From Camelus dromedarius (lineage: Eukaryota), in NCBI RefSeq assembly GCF_036321535.1, contig NC_087436.1:97900001-97964000 (forward strand): a stretch of 64,000 nucleotides of DNA. The letters are read 5' to 3'. A program made the translations under genes and the position numbers. Under the pieces are notes generated by a model. The model did no database searches and had not been told where the DNA came from. It saw nothing but the letters and a program-made list of their open reading frames with translations. Positions 38,141 to 52,239 of this stretch are shown piece by piece (the first letter of the stretch is position 1; every line of letters starts with the position of its first letter).

Positions 38141-39779
38141 GGGCGTGTGAGGCTGTGGATGTGTAGATTGCATCCTCCCCAGAAATTTTATATGGTACGT
38201 ATCAAAGCTGAGAGAAAGGTTCTGAAAGGATCCTACGGACGTGGTGAAATTTTACTAACAGTTGGAGAGAATTAATTAGCACCAACCAGAAATAAGGGGA
38301 CGTAGGGTGGGAAAAAAGGGGAGAAAGAGAGCGACTGATAGATTGACAGAGAAACAGAGACAGGTCATTTGAGATCCTGAATCCACAGGTCCCTGAAACG
38401 AACTGTACCTAGGCACTTCCCATAGTTTGATCAGGTGAACCAGAAGATTTCCCTTTCATTTTGCCCTACGGGTTCTACGACTAGCTTTCGGCAAATACTA
38501 ATGCAGTATCATTTCAAAATAAAATTTCCAAATGTAAATAGTTTGATCATTAACAAGCTCAGCAGCCAGAAACCATTTCTAGTGGCTACTTGAATTTATG
38601 CCTCGGCTCCTGGCCAAACTGTAACATTGTAAAGAGGGTTTTGATCCCTCTTACAACAGTGTGCGGGGCAGGGAAGGAGGGGACCAGCACTGCTCTCTGG
38701 AGGGACCGACAGCCCGCACAGGCTTCAGAGCGCAGGGAGCGCCATGCTGGTTCCTGCCTCCAGAGCTGCTTTTCAGGCTTAGGTCAATTACCTAGGACTT
38801 CCCTGTCAGCAGTCAGGTAATTGTGCGGGCAGAAACAGCCTTCTCTTAGGCCCTCATGGTCAAGTATGAGAAGATGGTAAGAACAAGAAGGAACATGAAT
38901 GGACCTTTTTTTTTTTTTTAATTCTAGCAGAAACTGTAGAACTCATACATCTTAACAATCATAAAGTGATGCTTAATAATATAGCTGGGTTTTAAAATAT
39001 ATAGTATTATTTTCATTAGAAAAATCATCTATGGGTCTTAATCTCAAAACTGACCATAGATAATATTTGTTGTACATACTATAGATTCATCATAACACAC
39101 ATTACATTATTTTTATTAAAGAGGATTCATACACGCATGTTTGTATATAATCTGCCTTTCAATTAAATGGATGTCTTAAATATTTCCTACTTCATTAAAA
39201 TTATCCTACTGACTCCTTTATATCTTGTGCTTTTTGTAATAATTTTCAGATAATACATACTAAGTGTTGAAAAAAATAGAAAAATCTTAGCGTCTTTTTA
39301 ACACAGCAGGCAGAATGTCAGTCTCATAGCCTGAAAAAATACAAAATCTTGATTATCAAAATCTACATAGAGATAGTGCTGTCGATATTTGTTCTATTTT
39401 TTCTAGACATGTCAATACATGTGAATCCATATTATATTACACACATGTATTACCAAATTTGATTCATATTACATATAATGTTTTATACTCTTTCCATTCA
39501 CATAGTATCATTGTCTAAATATATTTCTATACCAACAGATGTACATTAACAACTTTATTTTTATGATTAATGTATTATTTTCAGATGAACTATAATTTAT
39601 TCAATCAGTTGACTGCTATACATCATTTAACTTACTAAAAATGTTTTGATATTATAAACAGTGTTATAAAGGGCACTGTGGTGGGTCTACCTTTGTGCTT
39701 ACATTCATAAAAGTGTAAGTTCTGGATCAAAATTTTGTGAACAAATATATTTGGCTTTGATGTTGTAAATTTTTACGTT

Positions 39780-42700
39780 GTAAAACAGTAAGAGTCTCGT
39801 CTCTCCTTCTATTCTTAATTAAGTGTTTAGTTTAGAGGCTTTTTATAGAGCTTTACTTGTCTTTTTCTCATTATAATACCCAAATGACTCTTAAAAGTTG
39901 TATCTTCATCTGAAGCCGATGTCAACATTGAAAGTGACATTGAAACAATGTTAGCCTCCAGAGTGTCATTTAAATGTCACTAGTTTTGTCTTGCTTTGTT
40001 TTGTTTTTTATCCTTTTAAAGTTGGCTTTCAAGGATTAATGTTGCCTTAAAAAAAAAATTCTTAGTGTTACTTTTGCCCCAAGTGCATACATACATTTCT
40101 AATATAATCAATTAAAGTATCAGTCTTCTAATTCAATAACTTCAACAACAGAACAATGTTTATTTTCTACTTTGGGTGATACATACTGTATATATTTTTC
40201 ACATGCTTCTGGTATAATATCACACTAAAATATATGTAGATACACTTGCCAACATCACCAATGCAGGCTGTAGCTCAGCCTGCAAAATGTTCCTCAATGA
40301 CCCACTCTCACAACAGTAGCGTGCTCACCTATACCTCTGACCACTCAGAATCAAGAATGTATTTTCAGCCTCTTTTTCAGAACATGAGCTTAAGTTTAAA
40401 TTGTGACAAGAAGAGTATCAGTAGAAACTGAGTGCAAACTCTCAGAAATGTCTTAGCAAGAAAGGGCCTTTCTTCTCTCTGTTTTGTCTTCTTGTCAACA
40501 TCAATAGAACTTTTAGTAACTGGAGCTGGAAAGGCCATTTTGAACTACTTGGGGACAGACACTGCACACAAAGAAAAAATGACATCAAAAGAATGTAGTC
40601 CCTAACATTGTAGAGCAAACACCAGCTATGGACCACTGACCCGGACTTTTACACTGAAGAGAAGTAAACATCTATCTTGGGCTTCTGTCACTCAGCTTAA
40701 ATTATCCTACCTATACACAGGGGAAATATAAAACATTACTTTTTAATATCTAAGTTAATCGAGGATTTTATCATTTTTGAAAATATATGTGTTAAATATA
40801 TATATATGTATTTACATACCATGTGTGCATGTATATGAGTGTAAATAAATGCATACATGTTTTTAATACCTGAAATAAAAAACTGCAAAATTTCCAGATA
40901 ATTTTAAAAAATTTTATTTTTAATCTATATAATTGTCATTTAATTTTGTAAACTGGTTTATAAATGTGACTATATGCCATGAATGGCATGATTTTCTTAG
41001 AAATTAGTGTTTTTTTTGTAATTTTTAGATAATGAAAATACTCATGTGCCATCATATTCCTTACACAGAGGTAATATTCAAAGAATTTTAAAAATATATA
41101 TAGACTTTAACCTTCGAAACTTTAAAATTCTCCTTCAGTTTCCAAACTGGGCTTTAAAGAACTAACTTGGGAGATGCTGCTGAAATCTTCTAAAACATAA
41201 ACATTCAGTTTTGTTCTATTTTCTGAAGTGGGGATCTTGCTATAAAAGAATTTCAAATTTACCCCAGTGGACATGTTAGTGAAAGAAGAATAAAGCCTTT
41301 TCTTACCTGCCACTGTTTACTTTGTTATTGCGTGTTAAAAATCATTTGCTGCTTTAATTCCCATGAATGAGACACCATTTCTGTTATTAGAAAACTTTCA
41401 AGGGCAACTCAGTGTAGTTAAAATCGAACTTTGCTGAGCTTTTGGCTTTCTGCAAAGTTAAACCTTCTAATTGACTCATCAAGTTGAAGGAGAACCATAA
41501 TAAGCCTGGCTGGAAACTAGGATTCTATAAACTTGCAGAAGAAATGGAGTTCTACCTTTGATGACTAAGTCATGGCTTATTTCTATAGTAGTGTGTATCC
41601 ACATGGCTCTTCCTTCCTGTGTTTTGATTAGCGGCTAAGAACGCCTGTTGTCAGGCTCCTTCCCTAGCACCCTCACCTCGAATAAGATGAATGTACTTGT
41701 CAAACTTTGCACCGTCACGCTTAGAGATTAACCAGGTTCATGGCTAGTTAGCTCAGGGTCAAAGTTTTAAATGGCGTTTTCATTATTACTCTGACTCTTG
41801 GATACCAAAATTCTGTCTTAGGTTCCAGGCCTTTGGTTTCTTAGCATTCTCTTCTTAGTCCTTTCTATCTTTGCTTATTTTCCTCAAATAAATCCTTGCT
41901 TACTTGCATATGTTTTTTCCTGACAACCTCTTCTTTCCTTAGCTGGATTCTCTGATCTTGCCTGTATTACTGTGACCTGCAGTTCTTCGACAGCCATTCC
42001 CTAGTATTTTTTTTTTTTTTCCCTTACTGAGCAATTAGTGCTCAGGTTTTGAGAATGGACACAGGAATACTCTATTCTTACTTTTTCTTTTTAAGTGGGG
42101 AATATCTTAGAAATAGCAAATATGACTCCTAGTTCTATCAGCCTCCACATTTTCTTGGAAATGGTTAGAATATTCTTAAAAATAACTAAGAGATGATCTC
42201 CAAACTACAAGGATGAATTAATCTATATGAGCAGAGCTTCCTTTAAACCCAAGGAAAGGCAAAAATATGTAGATAAATCTGGTAAAAGGATTAGGACTTA
42301 CATAACACTATACAAACAACAAAATAGTTGAATATTTAAAAGACTGATCATACTACATTTAATTAGGGATGTGGAATAATTAGAACTTTCATGCACTTTT
42401 TTTAGGAGTGTCAGATGACACCACTGCTTTGGAGAATTTGGAGGTAATGGATACTAACGTTGGCCCTATGCATAGCATATGTACCAGAAAATCCACTCCT
42501 GGTACATACCCAATAACTATGTGCAGATATGTTCAAAATGTTCATGGCAGAGATATTAGTAATGTCCAAAAAATAAGAAATAACCAAATATCCAACAACA
42601 GCATAAATAAAATAACTTCTGGTATATTTATACAATGGGAAAGTATACAACACAAAAATGAATGAAATACAGCTAAACTAAGTTGTATGAAGAATCTTAC

Positions 42701-42799
42701 AAGGATCACATTGAAAGAAAGAAGCCAGATACAAAATATCGAATTTATATAAAGTTCAGGAAGAGGCAAATGAGGAGAAGTTAGTGGCTGGGAAAAGGC

Positions 42800-42846
<47 letters not shown>

Positions 42847-44070
42847 CAGTATGCATACTTATGATTATGAATTTTTCTGTATTATATTTTTACTTTCAAA
42901 AAGTTTATGAAAGAAAAATTAAACCAGTGTTGAATGATTTACTCTTATTTACACATGTTTTAATGTATAAAATCTTCACCACAAATCATCAGATATAATG
43001 ATCATTAATCAATGAATAAGGCATGAGTGTATTCCAGAAATATTTCCTCCATAAGTTTTAATACTTCTAATACTGTTATGTTTGTTAAACCAAAGAAGTT
43101 GGGCTATTTACTTCAGCATAATTTAGAACAATAAAGAGGTTGTAGAAATAAACTCTTCTGAATTACACAATTAAATTTATAGCCTTGATGAAGGAGTACA
43201 ACTTCTTTTTTATACCTCAGACTATCAAGTAGGATGGCTAATTCACTATTTCTGAAGTGTACCCCATGTCCCTCTGGCTCGCCAAGCAATTCAGTGGATA
43301 TTTATTACGTATGTACTGTATCCAAGTCACTCTGCTCAACTTCACAGGAAATCCACTGACTAAGGGGTAGTGACTCTTGAGTAGTTTAGAGAAAACTAGA
43401 GGCAAAATAATACTATTATTTCATATGTGTTGTTTGTAAATAATTTCCTTTTCAGTTTTAAGCAAATCTGTAATACTAGTGACAGGGAGGGGACACTTAC
43501 CTAGCAAAAATAAAAAAGACAAAACAATCAAGATACACATTAAAATTATGATGACCTACATTTATTTAACAAGTTCCAATCATGATAAATAATTGGAATT
43601 ATGAGACCTGTAAAATAAATAATTCCATGTCTTTGACTACTCACAGTACATATATACCCGTATGGGTGTGTTCTACACACCCCATCTGCGAGTTAAAAGA
43701 CTGTTATTTATACACAGCAAAACCTCAGAAGAACATGTGCTTACTTAAAACTCTTTTTTAATAGAAACATTAGAGACTTAAAACTAAAAATCAACTCAAC
43801 AAATAATATTATTCGGCTCTTACTAGCCAATAATCTATTATAAAGATCTCTGTTGATTCATAGTTAATATTGCATCACTTATAGAGAATTTAATAAGAAG
43901 TGAAGTTATCTTCAATATCAAGATATTTTGATTGCTTCTCTAAATTTATTTATTAAAATTTTTGGAAGTATAAAATCTGATCAAAAGCTGTAAATAAATA
44001 AAAGTCGTTAGGCTTTTATTCTATTTATGCATGAATTGCTTTATTTAAAATCAATTAAAAAATACTAATT
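39780..44070 (+). other. Viral array segments (39780-40200, 41090-42330, 42920-44070) interspersed with old TEs
   Basis: IELY 39845-39856 (L); FNSHE 41353-41367 (N FNPHE); DSINL 41521-41535 (exact L); IHMALPS 41597-41617 (G VHIGLPS); EVYP 43254-43265 (L); FGSY 43812-43823 (G). Confidence 0.68.
42380..42900 (+). mobile_element. Old L1 3' end containing (TG)n at ~42807-42843
   Basis: aatccactcctggtacatacccaa...ttgaaagaaagaagccagatacaaaa. Confidence 0.75.
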
Positions 44071-44077
44071 TATTTAC

Positions 44078-45375
44078 TGGACAGCTACATGTAAAATAAT
44101 GAAATTAGAACATTCTCTAACACCATATTCAAAAATAAACTCAAACTGGATTAAAGATCTAAATGTAAGACGAGAAATCATTAAACTCCTAAAAGAAAAC
44201 ACTGGCGGAACACTTTTGACATAAATTGTAGCAGTATTTTTTTGGGATCTGTCTCCTAAACAAAGAAAATAAAAACAAAATTAGACAAATGGGACCTGAT
44301 TAAAGTTAAAAGCTTTGCACAGCAAAACGAAAGGCAGCCTATTGAATGGAAGAAAATATTTGCAAATGATATGACTGATAATGGGTTAATACTCAAAATA
44401 CATAAACAGCTCATAAAACTCAACAGCAAAATAACAAACAACCCAATTAAAAACGGGCAAAAGACCTGAATAGATATTTCTTCCAAAGAAAACATTCAGA
44501 AGGCCAACAGGCATATAAAAAGATGCTCAACAACACTAATCATCAGAGAAATGCGACTTAAAATCACAATGAGATATTACCACGCATCCGTCAGAATGAC
44601 TATCATCAAAAAGAACACAAATAATAAATGTTGGTGAGGATGTGGAGAAAAGGAAACCTTCATACACTGTTGGTGGGAATGTAAATTGGTACAGCCATTG
44701 TGGAAAATAGTATGGGGGTCTCTCAAAAAAACTAAAAATAGAACTACAATTATGACCCAGCAGTTCCACTCCTGAGTATATATCCAAAAAAACCCCAAAA
44801 CACTTATTTGAAAAGTTACATGCACCCCAATGTTCACAAAAGCATTTTTATAACTGCCAAGATATGGAAGCAACCCAAGTGTCCATCAACAGACGAATGG
44901 ATAAAGAATATGTGATATATATATAAAATGAAACACTACTTAGCCATAAAAGGAATGAAATTTTGCCATTTGCAACAACATGGGGACTTGGAGGGCATTA
45001 TGCTAAGTGAAATAAGTCAGACAGAAAAAGACAAATACTGTACAATATCACTTATATGTATAATCTAAAAAATACAAAAAACAAGTGAATATAACAAAAA
45101 AGAAACAAACTCACAAATACAGAGAACAAACTAGTGGTTACCAGTGGGAAGAGGGAAGAGGAGAGTGGCAAGATAGGGGTAGGGGATTAAGGGATACAAA
45201 CTACTATATGTAAAATAAATAAGCTATGAGGATGTAGTGTACAACATAAATAATGTAGCCAATTTTTATAATCATTATAAATGAAATATAACTTTTAAAA
45301 TTATGAATCACTATGTGTACCTCAAATATATAATATTGTACATCAACTATATGTCAACTAAAAAAATAAAAAAGA
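44078..45375 (+). mobile_element. 5'-truncated L1 with A-rich tail
   Basis: ggacagctacatgtaaaataatgaaattagaac ... ttgtacatcaactatatgtcaactaaaaaaataaaaaag. Confidence 0.95.
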
Positions 45376-45559
45376 AACATTAATCCATTTATCTCTAAAG
45401 ACAAACAGTAGTGTTTCTTTATGAACTGGAATCAGGAAATCTGGCTGATTCAACTCTGTGACCTTAGACAAGTTAATTTTTCTGAATTTGTCTTCATCTG
45501 AAAGAGGAAGTATTAGATGGGAGGAGCTGTAAAGTATATTCCAAGACTAAATTTTTATG

Positions 45560-46950
45560 AATCAGTTCATGAAATATTTGTGAGTTCAGATTCTAAGGAC
45601 TAAAGGAAAGTAATGAGTCAATTTATGTATTCCACCAATTTTGTTTCATGAGATTATATATGACTTATTTTTATTTGCTCTTAAAAACTTAAAAAAAATC
45701 AAAATCAATATAGCTTACTATCATTCTTAATTTTACCCTCAAATATCAGCAGTATCAAAGCATTTATATTTTATTAAAAAATGCACATAAGATGTCAGTA
45801 AAACAATAAAATTTTAAGAGTGATAACTGCATGACTTTTGTGAGGTTTCTTTTATATAAAATAAACTTATTAAATTATTGAGAGTACAATTAACAGAACA
45901 TTGAATACAAAAAAATGCTGGCATTTTGAGATGAAATTTGATTAACAACCCATTTACAGAAGACCATGTAAAACACAGATTAAATATTATCAAGTATTCC
46001 AAATGCCAGTGTATATTTTGTCATTTTGTTAAACATATGTCAGAAGACCATCTTTTACCCCGGGAGCTCTTCATTTAACATGTTTTGCTTGTCAAGAAAC
46101 GTAGGAACCAAGGAGCTAATGTAAATGAGATTTCTGGATGAGTGGATGAAAAATACACTTTGTTGGGCACTGTACAGAACACAAGAATCCAAAGTGGATG
46201 GTCATTCTTGCTTTACCTTATGTTTCTGAGAAGGAATGCGAGCTCTACGATGGATGACGTTTGGACCTATTTTCAAGACAAAACAGTATTTAGCATGCAG
46301 TATTCTGATAAAAAAGTAGGGTAACAATTCAAAGCAGTCATAATAAGAACCACAAATCCAAACCCATGATGAGTCAAACAAAATGCATCTATGAAACTCT
46401 ATATATTTCTTTAAAAATCTTAATCAAGATAATGAAATATTTAGGTAGTGAACCTTTTCTAAGATGGTTCGTAACAAGAGTTCAAACCTGAATATAAAAT
46501 CTACAACTTAGATAAAAGTAGAATTTCTAGATTATGTTTATAGGAACTGCGGACATTTTTCAGCTTTAAGTTGAAAAAGAAAAGCCCAATTGGGGGCCTT
46601 AGCTGGTGTTCAGTACAGTGCTTTAATGAAAGAGAGTGAATTAAACTAAGCATTTTCTATTTGGAAGTACCATCACATGACACAGATGGAGAGTACAGGA
46701 ACAAGGATCAGAATAGGATGGCCCAAAAGGAGACTTGCTAATGTAAGAAAATAATTAGCAGGAAGAAAAAGCTGATCAATTCTACAGTTTCTCTTGTGTG
46801 CACAAAATCACTGTCTCCTTTCTCCCTCATTACTTGTTATTCTAATGTTATTAAATATTCCTAGACCTTCTTACTGTAACAGTATCACAAGCTCAGTTCA
46901 GCATTTTTCCACTGCTTAAATTACTGCAAAGATATGGATATTATTCTTTT
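45560..46950 (+). other. Viral array segment
   Basis: LPRE ~46055-46066 and RNVG 46095-46106 (M LPRE, RNIG); LLGTV ~46159-46173 (G FLGTV); IGGL ~46589-46600 (L). Confidence 0.55.
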
Positions 46951-48036
46951 AAAATCAGGTGTTGAGTTGATAGATGATACACTCTGACCTTTGTGATCTG
47001 TCAGTACAAGTACAAAGGTCATGCCAGCCAGGGTCTAAGATAAAGGAAGCGACACACTCTATAGTGTGATAAGTAACGTCAGAGCACTGACATACATGGA
47101 AAGCAGGTCAGAGGAGAGTCCACAAAGATGATGGGAAGCCAGATACCTGTTCTCGATGAACATGAGTTGGAGATGTTCAGAGTGAACCAAGGGTCAAAAA
47201 TCTATCAGCAGGTTGACAGAGTGGTCCAAGAGGGGTAACCCAGTGTCACAGGTATCCACTGGAGATGAAAGGACAGGCATGGCTTCTCAGGAGGGAAGCA
47301 GTGCCACTCAGTCTGGCTGGTTCAAAGACATTCTGTATTCTCCTATTTGGGAATAAATATGCTTTGGGGGGATTTGTTCATTTTTCCTGTTCTCTGGATA
47401 CTTCCTTTTAACAAATGAGCAATTTTTCTTTTCAAATTTCTAATCAATTCTATTCTGAGCCTATAAAGAAGTTATCTGAAGCTGATGGGTATTATGTATT
47501 GAACTAATTTCCTCAAAAAATGAGGCTGGAAGATGAGGATTGTTCCAAATATGCACACAAACAGGTAACATAAATATAATTTTACCTTAAAAAGCACACT
47601 AACAAATACTCAGCTTTGAAACAATACATAAATCAATGGAAAAAATCAGCTGGATATTTATAATGGAAATGACCTTACATGACATGAGGGAAAAATCTGT
47701 TCCCTCACTGAGGCATGCATGGGTTTCCTCTCCTTCATTGTTTTAACAAAGTCTATCTGCTGCTGACATTTGTCCTTTAAAAATCTGTTTTTCCTTTAAA
47801 AATCTGGTTTATGTGGGCTCCTTCAGAGTTTTATCTTTTCTCCTTTTTATTAATTCTCTCTATATCATTTCAATTTCTTCCTCTCACTTCTTCCTTTTTT
47901 CAACCTATAAACTTGATACCTTGTCCTTTAAAACAAACAAAAGGAAAAAAAAAAACTGGACCTCGTGTCATCCCCACTTAGTATAAAATTTATTTTCCCA
48001 CAGCAAAGTACAGCTTCTAGAAAGAATAGTTTATAC

Positions 48037-48250
48037 CAGGAGTTAGCACACTTTTTTAGGAAAGGGCTAGACAGTAAGTATTTAGGCATTAGTCCACACC
48101 GTCTTTACTACAACTACTCAAGTCTTCTGTTATTATGTGAAAGCAACAATAGGCAATACGTAAAGGAACAGCTTTGTTCCAATAATACTTTATTTACAAA
48201 ACCAGATGGTGAGCTGGTGTGACACACAGTCTGTAGTTTAGCAAAACCTG
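48037..48250 (+). mobile_element. MER58A-like hAT DNA transposon
   Basis: caggagttagcacactt...aagggctagacagtaagtatttaggc...ctttatttacaaaacc...tagtttagcaaaacctg. Confidence 0.8.
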
Positions 48251-48349
48251 GTCTCTATACTCACTGAATTCACTTTTTTCTCTCAGCATTTGGTTCCACA
48301 TACTTTACTCCACTTTTCCACCATGTAAACTGTGTCCACTATAAAAATT

Positions 48350-50570
48350 AAATCAAAGTATATACGGTCCTTTTAAAACCAGATCCTCCACTTGATCACT
48401 GGATTCCTTCCTCTGACTTTCTCAAAGACATTCATCTAATAATTCTCTGACACACAACATTTTTTTTTGTTACTATTCCTCTCCAGTCATTAATGTCAGC
48501 AATTTCTCTCATCTTTATTAACACATTTCTCTCATCTTTAAAAACACATACAAATATTATTGACTCCACCTCGCTTGATGATTTTTGTCCTATTACTCTG
48601 AGCATCTTGAGACTTTTTTTCCCCTAAATTTCCTGTCTCCAATATTCTCTTAAATCCACTCCCGGAAAGGTTTTTGCCCCCATCACCTCATTGAAAATTC
48701 TCCCATCAAGATCATCAGTGACTTATGTGTGGCAGAATCTAAAGCTTTATTTTTGGCCCTCATCTTACTAGACTTAACAAGCAGCATCTGACAAAGTGGT
48801 ATCTCCTCCTCCACCTAGATGTGCTTATTTGGCTTTCTGTTGTCATTGCTGTTTCTCCCCTTACCTCAATAGTTGCTTGATCTCAGTCAACTCTGATTGG
48901 TCTCTTGGGTATGGGAGATACCACAGGTTCTACCCTGGGTTTTCTTTTCTGGACAAGCATTCTCCCTAAATGTTTTCATCGTGTTTCATCCATTTAAGTG
49001 ACATCTGTTCGCTTACCACATACAAATTTATATCTCTAGCCTAAATCTCTTTCTCAAGCTCCAGTTTCATATATAAAAGGTCTTGTTTAATAAGATATCT
49101 TAAGCCTAATATGTTTAAATCTGAACTCTACTTCTTCAATCCATGTTTCATTTAATGGAGACTACATCTTCCTAATGGCTCAGGTCTAAAATCTTGGAAT
49201 TATATTTAATTCTTCTGTTTCTCAAATCCTCTACATTAGAACATTTGGTTGAATCTGTCTTCATAATGTAAGGAGAATACGGTCACTTCTCATCACCTCC
49301 ACTATTATTGTTCCAGTACAAGCTATTAGCTGTCTTGTACTTAGCTTCCTAAAAGGTCTTCTCAGATTGTCATTCTAGGCGAACTAAGCCAGAAAGAGAA
49401 AGAAAAATACCATATGATGTCACTTATATGTGGAATCTAAAAAAAAAAAAAAGATAACTTATTTACAAAACAGCAACAGACTTACAGACATAGAAAACAG
49501 ACTTAGGATTACCAGGGGGGAAGAGAGTGGGAAGAGATAAACTGGGAGTTCAAGATTTGCAGATACTAATATATATACATTAAATATATAAACAAGTTTA
49601 TGCTGTATAGCACAGGGAACTATATTCAGTATCTTGTAGTAACTTCTGGTGAAAAAGAATTTGAAACAAACATATGTATGTTCATGTATGACTGAAGCAT
49701 TATGCTGTACACCAGAAATTGACACAACATTGTAAATTGACTATACTTCAATAAAATATATATATATATACGAAAAATAGGTCTTCTCCCTCTACCTTTG
49801 CCCTCTACAGCCTATCCCCAAAATAGCATGCAACATAGTCTTTCTAAATTTCAATAAGATTATGCCACTTTGCTCAAAATCTTTAGACTCCTCATTTCCC
49901 CAGAGTAAAACCTGAGGTCCTTACAATGATTTATAAAGCCTTGCCTTATTTCCTCCTCCTCCTTGAATCACTGCCTCCTTTACTGTTCCTCTCTCTCCAT
50001 CCCTTCTCAGTGTCTTATACTCTAGCTGCACTCAACCTCTATGGTGTTCGTCCAACACATACTTTAACTGAGGGCTTAAGCTCAAAACAGTCCCTCTTTT
50101 AGAAGGTTCTTCCTCCAAATATTCCTGACATTCCAGATCACCTTTACTAAGTTTAACTTTTCTTCTGTTTTCACTGTTCTTTGAATTGAATTGAATTCTT
50201 CATGTAACATTAATTTTTCAACCCACTGCAATCTGAAATGTACCCTAAGGTCTCCTTGAACATATAATCCCTAGGGTCACTTTTAAGCTGCCATTTTATA
50301 GATCTCAATTTAAATGTCACTGTCTCAGAGAAGCCTGTCTTAACTTTCAACATAATTAAGGAAATCCTCTTATTCTCTGCCCTGACTCTTCTTTTTCTAA
50401 TAAGCACTCATCATGATTTAGAGTAATAATTTTTATTTTATGATTTTCTTTCCCACTAGACTGTAATTACCATGGTGAAAAAGAACATATCTGTTTTTTT
50501 TTTCCCCACCTCTGTGTTAGTAGTACATAGCACATAGATCTTCAGTATATATTTACTGAAGAAGTGCATG
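48350..50570 (+). mobile_element. Long L2 fragment interrupted by a young L1
   Basis: L2 ORF/3' text (catcttactagactt...gcagcatctgaca; cccactagactgtaa...). Confidence 0.8.
49364..49778 (+). mobile_element. Young camelid-type L1 3' end with TSD
   Basis: TSD aggtcttctc at 49354-49363 and 49779-49788; aataaaa(ta)n tail. Confidence 0.9.
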
Positions 50571-52239
50571 TCAAATACCAAGGATATTTTTAGGTCTTAA
50601 TTTTCTGCTTCATTTGACACCTGTGCTCAATCCTTCTTATTGAGAACCTCTACTTCCCTTGCTTGTAACATACTGTAAAATTTTCTCTAACTGACCCTTC
50701 TTTGTCTGCTACATGTACTACATCTTGGCTTACCACATATTTTTTTTTATAGAATGCCATCCAAAGTCAAATGATTTTTCATTCTATCATCTCCCTAGGT
50801 GATCTCAACTAAATCCATGCTATAATCTAATGACTATGTGCTAATAATTTGCACATTACTATTTTCATCCTAGATCACCTCCATGATTATGGAAACACTC
50901 TCACTCTGGAATCCCAAATTTAAACTATGAAAATATGAAATTTCCTTTATAGATTTTTATTCTTGTTTCATACTCTAAATACTGTCAACACTACCATCCA
51001 GTCAGTTTCATATCTAACAAAAGTCTTACTGTTGTCTTTCCCTAAATCCTCACATCCATTTTGCAAATTTTTGTGCCTTTATGTCCTAAACATTATTTGG
51101 GCTCTTGGTTACTTATGACGAATGTCCTCGTTCGGAAAACTCTCTCCTGTCACGTGAACTGCATCAAAAATCTCCTGATTAGTCTTCCTACCTGCAGTCT
51201 TCCCTGGAACAGAGTCTAAGTGTTTCTGCTTTAATATTCAAAAGAAATAGTTTAAATATCTAATTGATTACTTTTAACTGTGGGTAATGAATATTTTGCA
51301 CAAACCTTCTGAGCCTCAGTGTTCTGAGCAATACAATTGGATAACATACTACCTGCATCATGGGTTTACACTTGTGATTACATGGTAAAAGTTATATCAA
51401 GTACGTTGCACTTAATAAGTAATTGGTTATTTTCTGTTAAGTGAATGAATTGTGGACCGTGTTTCCATCTACTGAAAGCTTTCTGAAGAAGTAGGAAATA
51501 ATGTACAGAAGAAATATTTTTGAAAAACAATCTTTCAAAAAAAATTCAGATAAGCCATGCCTAAGGCAAGTATAACTTTAGATTAGTGCTGTGGTAATAC
51601 ATTAACTTACATGTTAGAAGATGAGGTCCCTGTCTAGAATCAGTTATTTACTATTTTATATGTTGTTGAGTAAGCACTTATGCTTATTTAATCTTTTTCT
51701 TTTAACCTATACAATGGGAAGGTAATACTTTGGTGGCTATAAGTACAAATTAATAACTGCTTTGATAGAATTTTGATAGAATTCTGTTATCCATAGTCTT
51801 TTTCTATTGATCTCCTCGGATAGTGAAAAACCGGTTAGTGATGATGGACACAGCATCTAAGTTTCACAGATAACAGCCTAACTTTTATGGTCAGACCATT
51901 CTTGATTTAAATTCTAAGCTTTCTTTTCCCTATGTTATTTTGATTGGTTATATGACCTCCCTGAAATCCTGTTTCCTTCATTTGTTCAATAAAACTATGA
52001 TGAAATTTAAGTGAGAAAGCTAACGTAAATTGCTTATTACTAATTTTATTAGCCATCTAAGTTTCAGAACTTTGTGTGCGATCCTAACTTATTATTGTAA
52101 ATGACAATTGATTTAAATTTAAAAAAAATTGTAAATAACAAACTGAATACCTATATATTATCATTTTTCTCTTCAGATAAGTTTTTCCACACTTTCTGTT
52201 CAGTTTGGATATGGATTAATGATAAAACTTAAGAATGTA